From the NCBI GenBank assembly GCA_002269645.1, contig NIVC01002706.1:84337-148336 (forward strand): a DNA stretch of 64,000 nt. Reading direction: 5' to 3'. The position numbers were made by a program, and so were the translations under genes. The stretch is from Macrostomum lignano (lineage: Eukaryota). Below, one piece after another: positions 63,655-64,000 of this stretch. How positions within the stretch are numbered: position 1 is the first letter of the stretch; every line of letters starts with the position of its first letter. The notes below the pieces were generated by a model. That model did not search any database, was not told the DNA's origin, and saw only the letters and a program-made list of their open reading frames with translations.

Positions 63655-64000
63655 TGATGAGGATAGAGTCGAGTGGGGTGTGAGTAGAGTGAGTGGGAGA
63701 TGAGTAGAGTGGGGAATGAGTAGAGTGGGGAGATGAGTAGAGTGGGGAGATGAGTAGAGTTGGGAGGTGAGTAGAGTGGGGAGATGAGTAGAGTGGGGAG
63801 ATGAGTAGAGTGGGGAGATGAGTAGAGTGGGAGATGAGTAGAGTGGAGAAATAAGTAGAGTGGGGAGATAAATAGTGGGGGATGAGTAGAGTGGGGAGAT
63901 GAGTAGGATGGGGAGATGAGTAGAGTGGGAGATGAGTAGAGTGGGGAGATTGAAGTAGAGTGGGGAGATGAGTGAGTGGGGAGATGAGTAGAGTGGGGAG
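63655..64000. repeat. 17-bp G-rich minisatellite (runs off the window end)
   Basis: GAGTAGAGTGGGGAGAT units. Confidence 0.92.

Overview
This is eukaryotic (metazoan) genomic DNA saturated with minisatellites, not prokaryotic. The style of GC-rich exons and introns filled with 11-60 bp arrays is compatible with a free-living flatworm such as Macrostomum, but that is inference. Four spliced genes can be reconstructed by hand: a Cys-rich, probably GPI-anchored secreted protein (+, 7844-11302, 5' exon not found), a rhodopsin-family peptide-type GPCR (+, 32716-38146), CCDC81 (-, 45913 to about 50295) and ATE1 arginyl-tRNA-protein transferase (+, 57040-62293, with a probable 1-nt indel in exon 4). 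Mobile DNA includes a frameshifted Gypsy pol with two nested, TSD-bounded insertions, two tRNA-derived SINEs and a Merlin/ISXO2-type transposase relic just upstream of ATE1. About 30 tandem arrays explain all of the very long low-complexity ORFs. The most striking observations are: (1) the Merlin relic carries dense two-strand C>T/G>A changes, many in CpA/TpG context (RIP-like), while the neighbouring Gypsy does not; (2) an intronic array has units that each read as a miniature GT..branchpoint..AG intron; (3) an internally deleted LINE derivative retains a 2A-like motif; (4) one minisatellite forms an inverted, foldback-like pair.
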